NCBI RefSeq assembly: GCF_963921235.1
Contig: NC_086106.1
Coordinates: forward strand, 80,166,001-80,230,000
Origin: Mobula hypostoma
Lineage: Eukaryota
Direction: 5' to 3'
DNA length: 64,000 nt
Shown piece by piece: positions 35,624 to 49,000 of the stretch (positions are counted from its first letter, which is position 1; the number at the start of each line of letters is the position of its first letter). Made by a program: the position numbers and the translations under genes. Below the pieces are notes generated by a model, which was not told where the DNA came from, did not search any database, and saw only the letters and a program-made list of their open reading frames with translations.

Positions 35624-38600
35624 GTACCTCTTCCTAGAGATGCTGCCTGGCCTGCTGCGTTCACCAGCAACTTTGATGTGTGTTGCTTGAATTTCCAGCA
35701 TCTGCAGAATTCCTCGTGTTTGCGAAGTTAAGTGACCCGTCCAGTCGAGGTGTCATTACCGCAATAAAGTCGACATTCGCAAGACATGGTATTCCAGATA
35801 TTGTCATTAGTGACAAAGGTCCACAATATGCCAGTGGTGAGTTCAGTGGGTTCTCAGAAAGCTGGGAATTTCAACATGTTACGTCCAGTCCAGGGCACGC
35901 TCAGTCTAATGGACAAGCAGAGAGAGCTGTACAAGCTGTCACGAACATGCTCAAGAAGGCACATAGCAGCAACGGTGACCCTTACATTGCTCTGCTTGAA
36001 TATCACAACACACCGATTGAGGGTGTGGGATTCTCTCCTGTGCAGCTGTTGATGGGACGTCCTCTGAAGTCCAAACTGCCAACATCCACAACTCTACTGA
36101 CTCCTGAAGGTAATCCTCAAGTACATGACAAGCAAAAGTACAAGCAAATAAAGCAAAAGAGTTACTATGACAGACATACAAGACAGTTGCCAGATCTGCA
36201 TACAGGTGAAAATGTCAGAATACAGAGAGGAGACACTTGGCAACCTGCTGTGGTTGTGAACAGACATCAGCAACCAAGATCCTTCATAGTTCGCACGCCG
36301 GATGGAAGAGTCTACAGGAGGAACAGGAAGCATCTGCTGAAGACAGGCGAGAGGGAGTTTCCACGTACAGATGCACAGGACATTTCCACAGATACAGACA
36401 TGGGAACAAACGACACCAAGAGTAATGCAGACGGCAAAGACACAGAGGCCACTCGAGAGACTGACACGGATGAAGGACCAGCAGAGTCACAGTTGTATCA
36501 CACACGGTCTGGGAGACAAGTCAAACTTCCAGCTAGATACAGAGACTAGACATACGGTTTGAGGAAAAGTCACACATGTCATAAGTTCCAAGGTGTGAAA
36601 TAAAAGGTTTATTAGTCTATGTTAGTAAAAGAAAATACACTGCTGTTAGTATTGTAAAATACAATGCAGACTACAGTACAAGAAGGTAAGATTTTTTTTA
36701 GTTTATGTCATGGTTGTTGCACTGTAAGAAGGGCACACCTAGAGGCATTGTTTTGGTAATTCACAGTGTTGTAAAAAAAAACCTTGAGAAGGGGGATGTA
36801 ATGTATTGTGTGAGTATTTGTAGTGTCAGAGTGTGTATGACGTCAGGACGTGGAGAAGTAAAAAATGGAAAAAATGGAATAAACGTGGTTGTTCAATCTA
36901 CAGCGGTGTCTGAGTCACATCAATATTATATGTAGCTCTTTATTAGAGAGAGAGAGTCTGTAGCATGGCAAATTGTTGGGTGAATGACTAGATTTTGTTG
37001 TCTCTTGAGGGCTTTGCTACTGCTTGCTTGGAGGGTGGTGGGTGTTGATGCTATTTGCTGTAGTGAGGGAGGGGAGAGGGTGGGTTGATGCTTGCTGTTG
37101 CTTGTGCATGGGAGGGGGAATAGGGGGGCTTTAAGGGTTCTAACATTTTTACTGTCACTTGCTCTTTTGGGGTACCCTTCTGTTTTCATGGATGTCTGTG
37201 AAGGACAAGAATTTCAGGTTGTTTATTGTATGCATTCTCTGATATTAAATGGAACATTGAACTATTGGATCCTTAGAATCAATTGGTAGCACAACTTCAG
37301 AAATGCTATTAAAACAAGGATAATCTCTGGATACTACTTTTTAACCCTAAGATAACCTATGGAGTTTAGTGGATGGTTCAAATGCAACAATTGACACTTA
37401 AAGGTGTTAATTTTCATAACTGACACTTAAAGGGTGTATCAAATTTTATGAAATTAATTTCTTCCTTTATGAAATCTTAGTGTCTTGTTATTATTACTGA
37501 TCCAGGAGGAGGCAATTCATTCAAAAAAATTTAGGGTAAATTTCTACCCCAATGCTATCTTCCTGCCCAATCTCCATATTTTTTGATTACTCAAAAATGC
37601 AGAAATCTTTTGATCTCAGTCTTGAATGTAATCGATATCTGAACTTTCACGGCAGTTTTGGTTTGAGAATTCCAGAGATTTTCCTCCCTCTTAGTGAAGA
37701 AATTGCTCTCATTATAGTCTAAAAGCACAAGATTCAAGATGCTTGTTGTTAAATACTCAAAAGGATTCATTTATTGTTGTTGCGTGTACCAAGGTACAAT
37801 GAAAAGCTTTTGTTTGTTATACCATCCAGATCATTCCATTAATAAGTACATGTTTAAACTTTGAAACAATGCCATTTTCCCATCCTCTTGTCCTTACCAA
37901 AGTAACAGGGTAGGTTCGTGTTAACCTAATTAAGACTGACCTGATCAAGAGAAACAGTGTTGACTTCATTAAGGCATTCTATCCACTTGATCTGTTTAAT
38001 ACAGTTACAAAATATCACCCAGAGTTGATGTCATTACCAACAGAATGGTATAATTATTAGAAAACAGTGAGGGTTGTTGGGAATTATGGAGAAACCCCAG
38101 ATTTCACACCTTGACCTCAGTTTAAGGTGGATCTCGTCCAAAAGCCTTTTTTGGCTGCAATTAATTGATGTGCTTTTCTAGTTTGTAAGAATTGTACTGG
38201 TGTCTTGAAAATCCTTTGCAGATTTATAATCTCTGTTAAGAATTTATTCCTTAGATTAAAATATGCTTCATTTAAAATAATAAAACAGTGATTAATATGA
38301 TTAATTTGGAAGCACCTCCTTCTTGATTGAGCTGGGGGAGTTCAAAGTTCAAAGTAAAACTTCTTATCGAAGTACGTATATGTCACCACATACAACTCTG
38401 AGATTCTTTTTCCTGTGGGCATACTCAACAAATCTATAGAACAGTAACTGTAAACAGGATCAATGAACAACAAACTGTGCAAATGCAAATATACATAAAT
38501 AGCAATAAATAATGAGAGCATGAAAAGACAAGATAAAGAGTCCTTAAAGTGAGATCATTGGTTGTGGAAATACCAGAAATAGAATGTTGTAGTTATCCTC

Positions 38601-39006
38601 TTTTGTTCAAGAGACTGATGGTTGAGGGGTAGTAACTGTTCTTGTTTACAGTTTACAGATCGTGTTCACAGCTACTTTTCTATAGATTTACTAAGTACCC
38701 AAGCAGAAGAAGAATCTCAGGGTTGTACGTGGTGATATCTATGTACTCTGATAATAAATTTAAATTTGACCTTGACTTTGAATTGGCTGAAGACCGGCAT
38801 CATGCTAGGAACCACTGAACAACTGGCTGTAGTATTGTCATTAAATGCTGATTTATTTAACATCTTTGTAACAGTTTAAAAATCATTTATGTTTGAAACC
38901 TTGCTGTGTAGTGTTAAGTGGTGATGTGAGCAAATGATAATGTGGCCCTTTGATAATCATTTGAAAGATTCAGTTATAGCCAAAGCATACATTCCTAAGG
39001 TTCCAG

Positions 39007-39527
39007 TGTGTGTCTCTAACAGCCTCTGACAACCAAGTCCAACTCTTGGCCTTCACGTGTGGCTTAGCTATTAGGCCCAGTGGAACTGTTTCTACTGACA
39101 AGAGAAAGGGCAACGGCGGACCACCGGCACCTCAAAACCAGTTGCTTTGGGCAGGTGGGGTTCTCAGCCTTGGACGGCACCCTGCCTAGGAGAAGGAAAA
39201 CTCTGATTTTAAACCTCCGCTGCCTTGTGGCCACACCCACCCATGGGAAAGGCTTCGGGAGTAAACCTCGAGGAAGAAATCCAGAGCCGGGGTCCCTAAG
39301 GCAGTTTGATGTTGTTTACAGCTTCACTCTGGCAACCTCTGCGACAACACTGGTGTTAAGCTGTATCGACACTTGCCCTTCCCTTGGACGCGGAGAGGGG
39401 AAAGCCACGGCTTGGGCAACAGCCGGTTCTACAAATTTTCCTGCCCAGGCTTGCGCCCTGGAGAGGACACAGTCCACCAGAGGCACAAACCCATGATCCC
39501 CTGGGATCGACGGTTGCCTACTACTAC
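39007..39527 (+). mobile_element. RTE-like non-autonomous retroelement (SINE-like)
   Basis: AGGAGAAGGAAAACTCTGAT...AAACC motif (39188-39207) resembling RTE 5' UTRs as I recall them, (CTA)n tail at 39518-39527, GC-rich against AT-rich flanks. Confidence 0.55.
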
Positions 39528-39818
39528 ATGAAGCCTGCAGAAATTTTCAATACAATGATCTCCACTAATATCATTGTAAAACTATTCACACTTGAAGGCC
39601 TTCTCTGCTGTGATTATTGACCGTGTTATATACCAGTAATGCCTAACTTAAAGCTCCAGTCCAAACATGCAGCCACTGGTTCCAGTGTAGTTTCTAAATA
39701 GTAATACAGCAGTGGGGCTCAGCAGTCTTAGGATCAATAGAATCAATTTCTTAAAGAACACTCAGTCCACAGCAGAACATGGTTAAATCTTTGCGTGTAA
39801 GTGGGCCTCTAAATCACA

Positions 39819-40335
39819 GTTCAAAGTTCAAAGTAAGATTTATTATCTGTGTACATACATGTCACCACATACAACCCTGAAATTCTTCTTTTGTAGGCAT
39901 ACTCAAGAAGTCTATAGAACAGTAACTGTAAACAGGATCAATGTAAGAGCAAGAGCATAGAAGACAACAAACTGATGAAATACAATTATAAATAAATAGC
40001 AATAAATAACGAGAGCATGAAATAACAGGATAAAGAGTCCTTAGAGTGAGATCATTGGTTGTGGGAGCATCTCAATAGATGAGTGTAATTATCCCCTTTT
40101 GTTCAAGAGCCTGATGTTTGAGGAGTAGTAACTGTTCTTGGACCTGGTGGTGCGAGTCCTGAGGCTCTTGTACCTGCTACCTGATTGCAACAGTGAGAAA
40201 AGAGCATGGCCTGGGTGGTGAGGATCTTTGATGATGGATGCTGCTTTCTGTTACCATTCATGTAGATGTGCCCAGTGGTGGCGAGGGCTTTACCCATGAT
40301 GCACCGGGCTGAATCCACATCCTTTCGTGGGATTT
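39819..40335 (-). mobile_element. LINE (Rex1-like) 3' fragment
   Basis: Minus-strand ORF2 C-terminal remnant and (TGAACT)n tail; related to 38341-38782. Confidence 0.7.
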
Positions 40336-42725
40336 ACTACAATACCAGGATGCGATATAAAAACATGGGTGAGTTGTGACTGATGAACATAACCTGTTTT
40401 TCATCCAGAAACATTAATGAAGCATAGGATGAGGAATAATACCTTTCTTCATTTGATACGGATGACATATCTATAGCACATGTGACTATTCGCCAGGCAG
40501 AAATGGTCCTTGTCATGCTCCACTCAGGTTAAGTGGAAAGAAACTGGTGATCAAACCATTATGATTTCTAGGCCACTTTAGGCATTGTCCCAACAAATTT
40601 GCCATTTTCAAACCACACCATCAACAAACTACTAGAAAAGGTATATGCTTTCACTGGCCATAATTTCTAAACTAACTTGAAGAAAAGTCACTTGGATAAA
40701 GGAGGGTACACAACAGATGATCATTGCTGGAAGGATTCAGATATGATCATGTAATTTGCATAAATTCACTCCTGAAAGCAACCAGTTTTAAAATGGGGCA
40801 AGGCACATGTTGGCATAGTGATATTGATCTATTATCGTTGATAAGTAGCGCTGACTGCAAAATATATATTAATATATTCAAATAGCCAAACAACATCAGG
40901 TTTTTAATGTGCAATGATGTTGGAGTTACGATAAGGAGAATAAAAGAGGATTGAGCTACAGTGAGTTTGGAGTCATGGCGCCTTTAAGATACACAATGCA
41001 CTGAATTTGGAAACAAAATTGAACTTCTTTGATATGCAAGTTTACCATCAAACTGGAAGACTTTCTGACCCAATACTTAATTCACTGAAAGTACACAGGC
41101 ACACATTACTGTAATGTAAAGGACAGTCAGGTCTCCATCTTGGTCTCTCCAGTATTTCTTGACAAGGATTACTCAAAATAAATGAACTAAAAGGGAAAAA
41201 CACTTAATGCTGTATATATTCATTTACTGCCCATTACTGTATGCTATATTAAATTTCCATTTCATTTTCAGATCATAACAAAACTGGTTGGATTCTTGTC
41301 AGGAATGCTCATTGGGCCAGATGGGCCTGTTACTGAGGTGCATTTCCAAATGAAAAGTAAAATACAAATTCTCAACAAATTTTATGTCAAATGAAGTCTT
41401 TATTTTACATTTCTTCTTTGTGTCTTGCATTGTCTTAAGGAAATTATGAAGGTAAAGATTTAATGGCATACTCCCAAATTGAGAACCCTTTCTATTGTTA
41501 CTTGAAAATATAAATGGAAGGCTGTTACATCTTACATTTAATTTAGAAGATGCTTATCAAACAACCATTTTATGTAACAGCCTCAACACATAGCTTGCAA
41601 AATAAAAATTCTGTAACACGGGCATGTTTTAGCCTGAGAAGTGCAATATATCCACCCATTTTACTGCTTAGGTAGCAAACTCTATGAAAATTTCATAATA
41701 GTATTTGCTTATAACAAAAGTGTGAAGAGAGTAGTCATGGATAATAATTACGCTTTGTATTTGTGCATTTGGTGATCATTTGAAATACGTAATGTAATGA
41801 GAATGGTTTGGCAGACACAAACTTTTCCAGATATTATTCAGAAGTGTTCTAATGGAAAGGGTAACATTTACCACCTTATTATTCCAGCTGTTTTGTTCCC
41901 ATTTCAATGAGATCCCATCCATAATGTTTTATTTATAAATCCATTGTTAAACAATTTATTAAAAAAACATGAAATGAAGAAATTGTGCAACATCTTAAGT
42001 GGAATAATTAACACATAATGCCTGCACAAAACCTCAGAACAGATGCAATATCATTAATCTGGTCCAAGATATTTAGATAGTAAACAAATTTGGCAGAAAT
42101 AATTTTTGTGAATATTTTATTTAAAAGATCAGAAATAATACATTAATTGCCAGTTCAATAATGCTAATGTTTCAAAATAAAATTCAGATGAGTCATTTGG
42201 GGAGGTTAATTATTTTAAAACTTAATGCACAGAAACCACAAATTGTCCTTTGGAAATATTTTAATTTAAAAAAGTTAAAGGATCACAATAAGACAATCAG
42301 TTCCTCCTCACCCTAACCCCTGCCCCAACATGGAAGACTTTCTACCAAAGTTTACAAGACTAATACAAGCAGCAATGTAGTTTTACAGTTTAGGAGTTGA
42401 GCTTTTCATTAACTTGTTTCAGTTTACCAGTTGTAGTTCGAGAATTCATCAAAACACTGCACCAGCAAACATCCTCTATCTAGATATCACAGAATATACA
42501 TGGTTTGGTTTGTAACCAATGGCTCTTTTACAACCAATAGTGTACTTTCATATTGGGTCTACATCCCAAAAGGACACCAGTCAGATCATGCATGGATTCA
42601 CTCAAGAGTAAAGAATTTTTCAAATAGGGCACCAATCATAGCAATGGTTATTTCAAATAATTAAATCTATTTACAACTTGACTGTCAAATAGGTAATACA
42701 TCAGATATCTGGCTGACTGAAACTA

Positions 42726-43061
42726 TCATTCTTTTAATCTTTTGAGGTATGCAAAACTTTGAATTGTAAACTTTATTCCTTCACTCAGACAGATGACAGG
42801 TTTATACCCCAGATCTCTCTTTGCTCTTTCACAACTGTAATAATGGAATGTTCCTGCTAATGCCACTCTCATGGGAGTGAAGGTAGGTTTAAGGGTTAAA
42901 AATGGCTTCAGCAGGAATAATAAAATTGAGAGCAAGGCAGCCAGGTAATATGCAAACAGGTAAGGTATGTGATACTTTGGACGATCATAATTTAATCCAA
43001 CCAATAGCTCCGACAAGAAAGTCCAGAAGGGAATTGGTTCATCGTTTGTGATATGATAAGC
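42726..43061 (-). CDS. NSDHL: NSDHL terminal coding exon 7
   Basis: [20 protein letters not shown]..., hydrophobic membrane segment, ...[10 protein letters not shown]. Candidate minus-strand AATAAA at 42116-42121 and 41955-41960. Confidence 0.95.
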   Translation of the reverse strand, partial: AYHITNDEPIPFWTFLSELLVGLNYDRPKYHIPYLFAYYLAALLSILLFLLKPFLTLKPTFTPMRVALAGTFHYYSCERAKRDLGYKPVICLSEGIKFTIQSFAYLKRLKE

Positions 43062-46000
43062 CTATTGGAATAAAAGAGTTGAAATCAATGAAGACATTTA
43101 AAAACTTTTCCAAATCAACTAATCATCATGACAACAATACTGCTAAATGCCAAGTTGCTATAATACTTCCCTTCTTCCTGTGTCCACAATGACAAATAGG
43201 AAAGTTAACGGGGGAGGGGGAAGAATAAGAAAGTGGGAAATTTTTATGATGGCCAAACTAGTTTTAATATTATAGGATATTGTTTTTAAACGTTGGCCTT
43301 AGATTGATGGTGGTATTCTTGTCTGAGCCAGGAGATAAGTTTAAGTCCTATTCCAAAGATCTGATTACAAACGAAGAATGCAGTACATTGTTAGAGATAA
43401 TTACTTTTGTTTAAGTTATGAAGTTGCCATTTCTATCATCTCAGGATAAATATTTCACAGCACTATGTTGAATAAGGAGCCAAAGAATTCTGTCAATATT
43501 CTGGTCATTATCCCTGAGGTATTACCCATTATCTAGTGTTTCTGGAAGTATCCAATGCCTTGGTGCCAGTACAGCTCAGGGAGTGAGCTAGGTAATGACA
43601 TCTTTTTAGTTGACTGCTTAACTACATTTAAAATCCTTTAAGTTTGATTAATTATGCTTAATTACATTGAATAAAGCTCAAGTATGTTTAATACGCTGAG
43701 ACTATTTTGTTATATTGCTAGTTTAGTTTCATTAATTTTATCACATCAAGATTGTTTGTTTTCCTAATTTCTTAATTGAAGATCAGACTTTGGAGCTGAG
43801 CTGTGTTACTGGATTGGATTGGAAAGCAAGTCATACAGAATCAACCCCCACCCCGGCCCCCTCTTAATCTCTATGTGGTGTTGGTTTGTTTAAGTGGCCA
43901 TTACAGTAGGTCTCCAATTATACAGATTGCATCTATTATTAAAAAAGGCAGTGACAAACTGACATAAGGCTACTGTACCAATAGAGCAACTCAACCAATT
44001 ACAGTGAAGCCTTTAAAGCAATATTACTGTAGTTTGGTTTTGGAAATAATTATGTAGACTCACAATATTAGTCATTACCTTTCCACAGATGTGTGAATTT
44101 GAGTGAAGATTTTCTGCTGCTAGGATTAGCCCATGTACAACGTTATCAACATAGGTAAAATCTACCAGGTTCTTACCATTACTATAAAAGAAACAAGCAG
44201 TTACCAGACCATGAAATAACAACAAACACAACACTACTTACACACGCAAAGTAGCATTAATGACAGCTATATTACCAATGACAAATGTCCCATCAATGCC
44301 CTCTGAGAAACTTGAATATCTTGAGGACATTATCTGTCCTTTTAAATAACAATCAGGATTAGGTTGATCTCAATCCTATCACAAAAGAAAACCCCTTTCC
44401 ATTACAGCAATCAGTCCAGTGAATTAGCACTGCACAACTTCCAAGTCAAAAACACACTTCCTTTAGGTATGGAGATCAAATCTAGGCTCAGGCCTCCAAG
44501 TGTGTTTTAAATGAGACCCTGCCGAGATGCTGAAACCTCTACCTTTGTACCCCCACCCTTATGCAATACCATTCCCATTTACTTTATGCATGTTATAAAA
44601 CCACACAATAAGATCCATCTGTGCACCAACATCAAGAAGCCTCTCACCATTGAAAACAGAATGTTATCCTCAATTTTTCTCTACAATAGTGCAAGAAGCT
44701 GTTGGCATTTCACTCTGCAATTGTCATGATTTTTAAAAAAATTCTACTCAAGTATACAAAGGCACAGAATCCCAAACATTCTGAAGAATGCTTGCCTGCA
44801 ATTTCCCAACTACACCCCAATACTGGACATCAAAAGGTGTACAAAGGTGGAGTAACAGATTCCTGCTGTTCCTCGGAGTTACACCAGGAATTCTGCCTAG
44901 TGAATCTGTCACTGTGATCCTTTGATTTATGCAAAACCTCATGTGATATCTTAAAATCCAGAAATACCTCATTCAGTTGTCCTCCACCCATTATTAATGA
45001 GCCTGCAAGTTACATCCTCGGACTAACAGGATATTATTTGCCAAACAATTTCCCTTTCATAAAAGCACACTAATCAGTGCCATCTAAATGGATGTAATCA
45101 CACACTTAACAACAGATTTCAGTATTTTGATGACAACTAATCTCAAACAAATTGCTGTATTGTTTACTACTTTCTCATCTCACTTCTAATCCACATTTTA
45201 TAAATAAGATAATCCTAACTTCTGACCTTTCCCAAAAGGAGCGAATATTTATTCTGTATGCATTACTACATCCATATATTACCAACCCAATCACAAACTT
45301 CATCTTGCCACTCCTTGCAGCTTGTACAAGGACAGGTACTAAGTGTGGATCTTGTGGTCCAAATATGCCATGAGGACGAATTGCAATCGTCATGAAGTTT
45401 TTTTCCGGATCATTAGCATTGAGAACTTCCTGCAAGACAAAATACATACAAAAATCATGGATATGTGTGGAAGAAAATAAAAGTATTTCCGTTTTCACAA
45501 GAGGCAATAATCCTTAGCCCACTGTGACATAAATTGATGAACAACTAACGCAGTTGCCAAATCACCTTGAACCTTTTACAATTACTGGATGTTCAAAAAT
45601 ACTGTAACAGTCAAAGGGGATATAAATGTATTAAAAGAGTACATAAATTATAACAATAACTATAACCACTTTTGAACAAAATCAAATTTAACAATAAATG
45701 GCGTCAAATTCACTTAAAGGTTAATCAACTTATCATATGAAATCATTTTAGAAGTACCAAACTGAACAGGTACAGTATTGTAACTAATGTACATTTGTTT
45801 ACAATTCTTGTGCAACAGCTAAAACAGCACAGTAGGAATTTGGATAGATTCATAAACAGTTTTTAGAAATGCCACTGAACAAGCTCAAAACCAGAAAAAA
45901 AACTTCCTCCGAAGAATAAACCAGTAAAACTTACGAAGTAAGGAAACAAGAAATTTACATTGAAGGCAGATGCTCAGCAACGTTTCTCCTTAATACTAGT

Positions 46001-49000
46001 CATGTCATCGGGAGATTAAATATGCAAGTATTACACTGTTTACTGATGAAAGCATTGAGGGAAAAAGCCTTTTCAGTTTAGGATGGGCAACGTATAAATA
46101 AGTTTCAATTGACAGGATAAGAATGAAATTGCCCTCAAAGACAGGTTAAAAAAAAATCAAAGCTGTTGACCGACATGTGAAAGTTAGAACTATAATTTTT
46201 AGAAGGGAAATTAAAGAAACTGAATGGCACACAAGATTGTCACAATGATTAAGAGCATCTCTGTGTAAAGTAGATAAAGCATCTAACATTTTCCATTGGT
46301 TGCTGGTTGTCATTTGATGGATAATGTAACAACACAAAGTGGGACAAATAGGCAATCTCTGCAGGGCTATAATCACAGGCAAAATGGAAAATAAAATATT
46401 TACAACAGTGAACAGGGATGATCTCCCAAAACTGTACAGGAGACACACATTGGTGTGGTAAATGGGATAAGGTACAAATAGACCCTTCCATGTGGAGATG
46501 ATGTTCTTTATAAAACACATATCTTCATCTTTACCACCAAATTAAAATGTTGTTTCATATTTCGATTCCCCACAAAGTTAGTTTCCAAGAATGAAAGTAA
46601 TAATCATTACTTTCAAATTTGTGATTCAAAAGTTACAAAACTTACCATTTCCTGCAAGATCTTTGTTTGTGAATAGTAGTCAACGGGTTTTTTAGCATAT
46701 GGTAGGTCTTCAGAACCATTCTTTAGGTCTCTGCCTTCAAATACAACACTTGCACTACTAGTCAGCACCAGTTTCTGTGTGCAAGAAGACAGTAGAATTA
46801 AGCCACGAAAGATTTTTGTTTGGGGTGCTGACATTAATGTGTCAAGTGAACTGATTCTTACTTGAACACCAGCTTCCTTGCATGCCTCAATTATTGTTTT
46901 GGTCCCTGTGTAATTGACCTTGTAGAACAGTTCTCTGTCGTCGCTGGAAGGTGGTGGAGAAGCACAATGAAATACGATATTCACATCTTGAATTGCTGGC
47001 AGTATATCCTAAAGAATCATAATTAATTTATTTGTAATTCTACTGCTGATTTCTTTCTTTTAAATACCTTTATTAAATAAGCTTAGGATACACAATATCA
47101 AAAATAAGTTCCTCACATGTTTACATGTGGCAGTTGAAATTGAAAATGAAAATATTTCTTTTAAACAGGTGAAAATTGAAATGTTCTTATGAAAGAATTC
47201 AACACTCGTTTCTTAATGACTGTGGCATTAATTTAAAGGCTTCAACTTGAATCACTTTGATATTGATGTGTGGCAGCATGGTAGCATAGTGGTCACCGCG
47301 TTGCTTTACAGACCAGCAATCACAGATTGGGGTTCAGTTCTCACCGGTGCCTGCAAGGAGTTTGTACGTTCTCCGTGCGACCACACGACTTTACTCCAGG
47401 TGCTCCAGATTCCTCCCGAGGTTAGTGTTAGTGAGTTGTGCGTATGCTATGCTGGTGTCAGAAGTGTGGCAACATTTGCAGGCCGTGCAGCACAATCCTC
47501 ACCGATTTGATTTGATCCAAACACTGTATGTTTCAATGTACATGTGACAAATTAAAAAGCTAATTTAACCAACAAGCAGAAAGTTTTTTCCTCAAATGTC
47601 AAGGACATAAATGTTACTAGAGAAGTCTGAAATCACAAACAAGAGAAAAATCTGCAGACGCCGGAAAACCAAGCAATACACACAAAATGCTGGAGGAACT
47701 CAGCAGGCTGGGCAGCATCTATGGAAAAGAGTACAGTCGATGTTTCAGGCAAAGACCCGCCTGAAATGTTGACTGTACTCTTTTCCATCGATGCCGCCTA
47801 GCCTGCTGAGTTCCTCCAGCATTTTGTGTGTATTGCTTGGTCAGTAACTTTGGAATATCTCATTTACAAGATGTTTGCATCCACAGAACTGCCACTCACT
47901 GAATTTTTTTTTGTTTGTTTTTTTTTACACACTGCTGTGTGTGAAAATCCCAGGAGATCAGCAGTTTTTGAGATACTCAAACCATCCCGTCTGACAGTCA
48001 AAGTCACTTAATCAAATTTCTTCCCCATTCTGATGTTTGGTCTGAACAATAACTGAACCTCTTGACCATGTCTGCATGCTTTTATGCATTGAGTTACTGC
48101 TACATGATTGGCTGATTAGATATTTGTATTAATGAGCAGGCGTACTAAATGAAGTGGCTACAGAATGTACTTCTGCAATACACTTTTCTGTACTATGCCA
48201 TAAAATTCCAGAAATCTATTGATCTTGGATTTGAACAAACTCTATGACTGGACAACTAGAACCCTCTTAGGTACAGGATTACAACAATTCAGCACTATCC
48301 ACATAAATTATTCTTCATTTCATTCATAACAGCTTACCTCTTATACTAATATGGTGACCTCGAAGTCTAGACTCTTCAAAATGGGAGAACAAAATCTCCC
48401 TACACCCAGCCTGTTAATCCCTGTAAGTTTCAATGAACAACTTGTGGTCCTGTGATTTCACCAGACATACCAAATGGAAACTGACCCTTTGTCCAATCAC
48501 AATGACAAACATCAAGTCTCTGAACTCTACCAATCCCACTTCCAGCTCACTGCAGAAATTTCTATGAAACAACATTAAGTGCTTATCTAATTAACTGTGG
48601 CATTTAGAAATGGAAACAGGGAGGAGCTGAGGGCAATACAGAGGGACCTGAAAGCCAGGATCAGGGAGGCTAAAGACAGGTACAGGAGGAAGTTTGAGTG
48701 GAAACTCCAGCAGAACAACATGAGAGAGGTCTGGAGGGGGATGAGGACCATCACTGGGTTCCCGCAAACTAGCAACAGAGGAGCTGAAGGCAGTGTGGAC
48801 AGGGCCAATGAACTTAACCTGTTCTTTAACAGATTTGACATTGTGGCCCCTGCCCATCCCCCACATGAGCCATCTGTTGTCGTCCCCCAACCAACAAATA
48901 TTCCACTCTCCCCTCCTACCCCTCCTCACAGTCCCCCACCCTGCTCTCATGACTATACCCCTTCCCCACATGAAGCCACCACGGTGGGCTTCACAGCTGA

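Larger units (their letters stand above)
34794..35724. mobile_element. Penelope-like element fragment with inverted terminal repeats, nested in the Gypsy integrase
   Basis: 12-bp TSD AAGTTAAGTGAC at 34782-34793 and 35725-35736; 34794-~35058 is the reverse complement of ~35412-35681; the middle encodes a GIY-YIG C-terminus (DLPVATHFNS...LQPDGMNIDF). Confidence 0.9.
33262..36549 (+). pseudogene. Disrupted gag-pol of the Gypsy element
   Basis: In-frame stop at 33682-33684, frameshift near 34305, RT/RNase H deleted at ~34720, integrase split by the 34794-35724 insertion. Confidence 0.88.
33080..36930 (+). mobile_element. Gypsy/Ty3 LTR retrotransposon (Mag/K02A2.6-like), defective and internally deleted
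   Basis: LTRs 33080-33213 and 36797-36930 (134 bp each, TGTAAT...ATTA(C/T)A); TSD TGTAG at 33075-33079 and 36931-36935; PBS TGGTGTCAGAAG 33214-33225 (tRNA-Leu 3' complement); PPT GAGAAGGGGGA 36786-36796; gag with Cys/His knuckles, protease LDTGA, RT N-terminus and integrase core (SDKGPQY, SNGQAER). Confidence 0.95.

Noticed and set aside
35680-36549. 289-aa ORF as an intact domesticated integrase
   Set aside because: Its N-terminus comes from the Penelope tail, there is no ATG at that start, and the first catalytic Asp region lies on the other side of the insertion.
41272-41337. Plus-strand exon-like segment (IITKLVGFLSGMLIGPDGPVTE)
   Set aside because: Good acceptor but weak donor, and no partner exons or recognisable homology.
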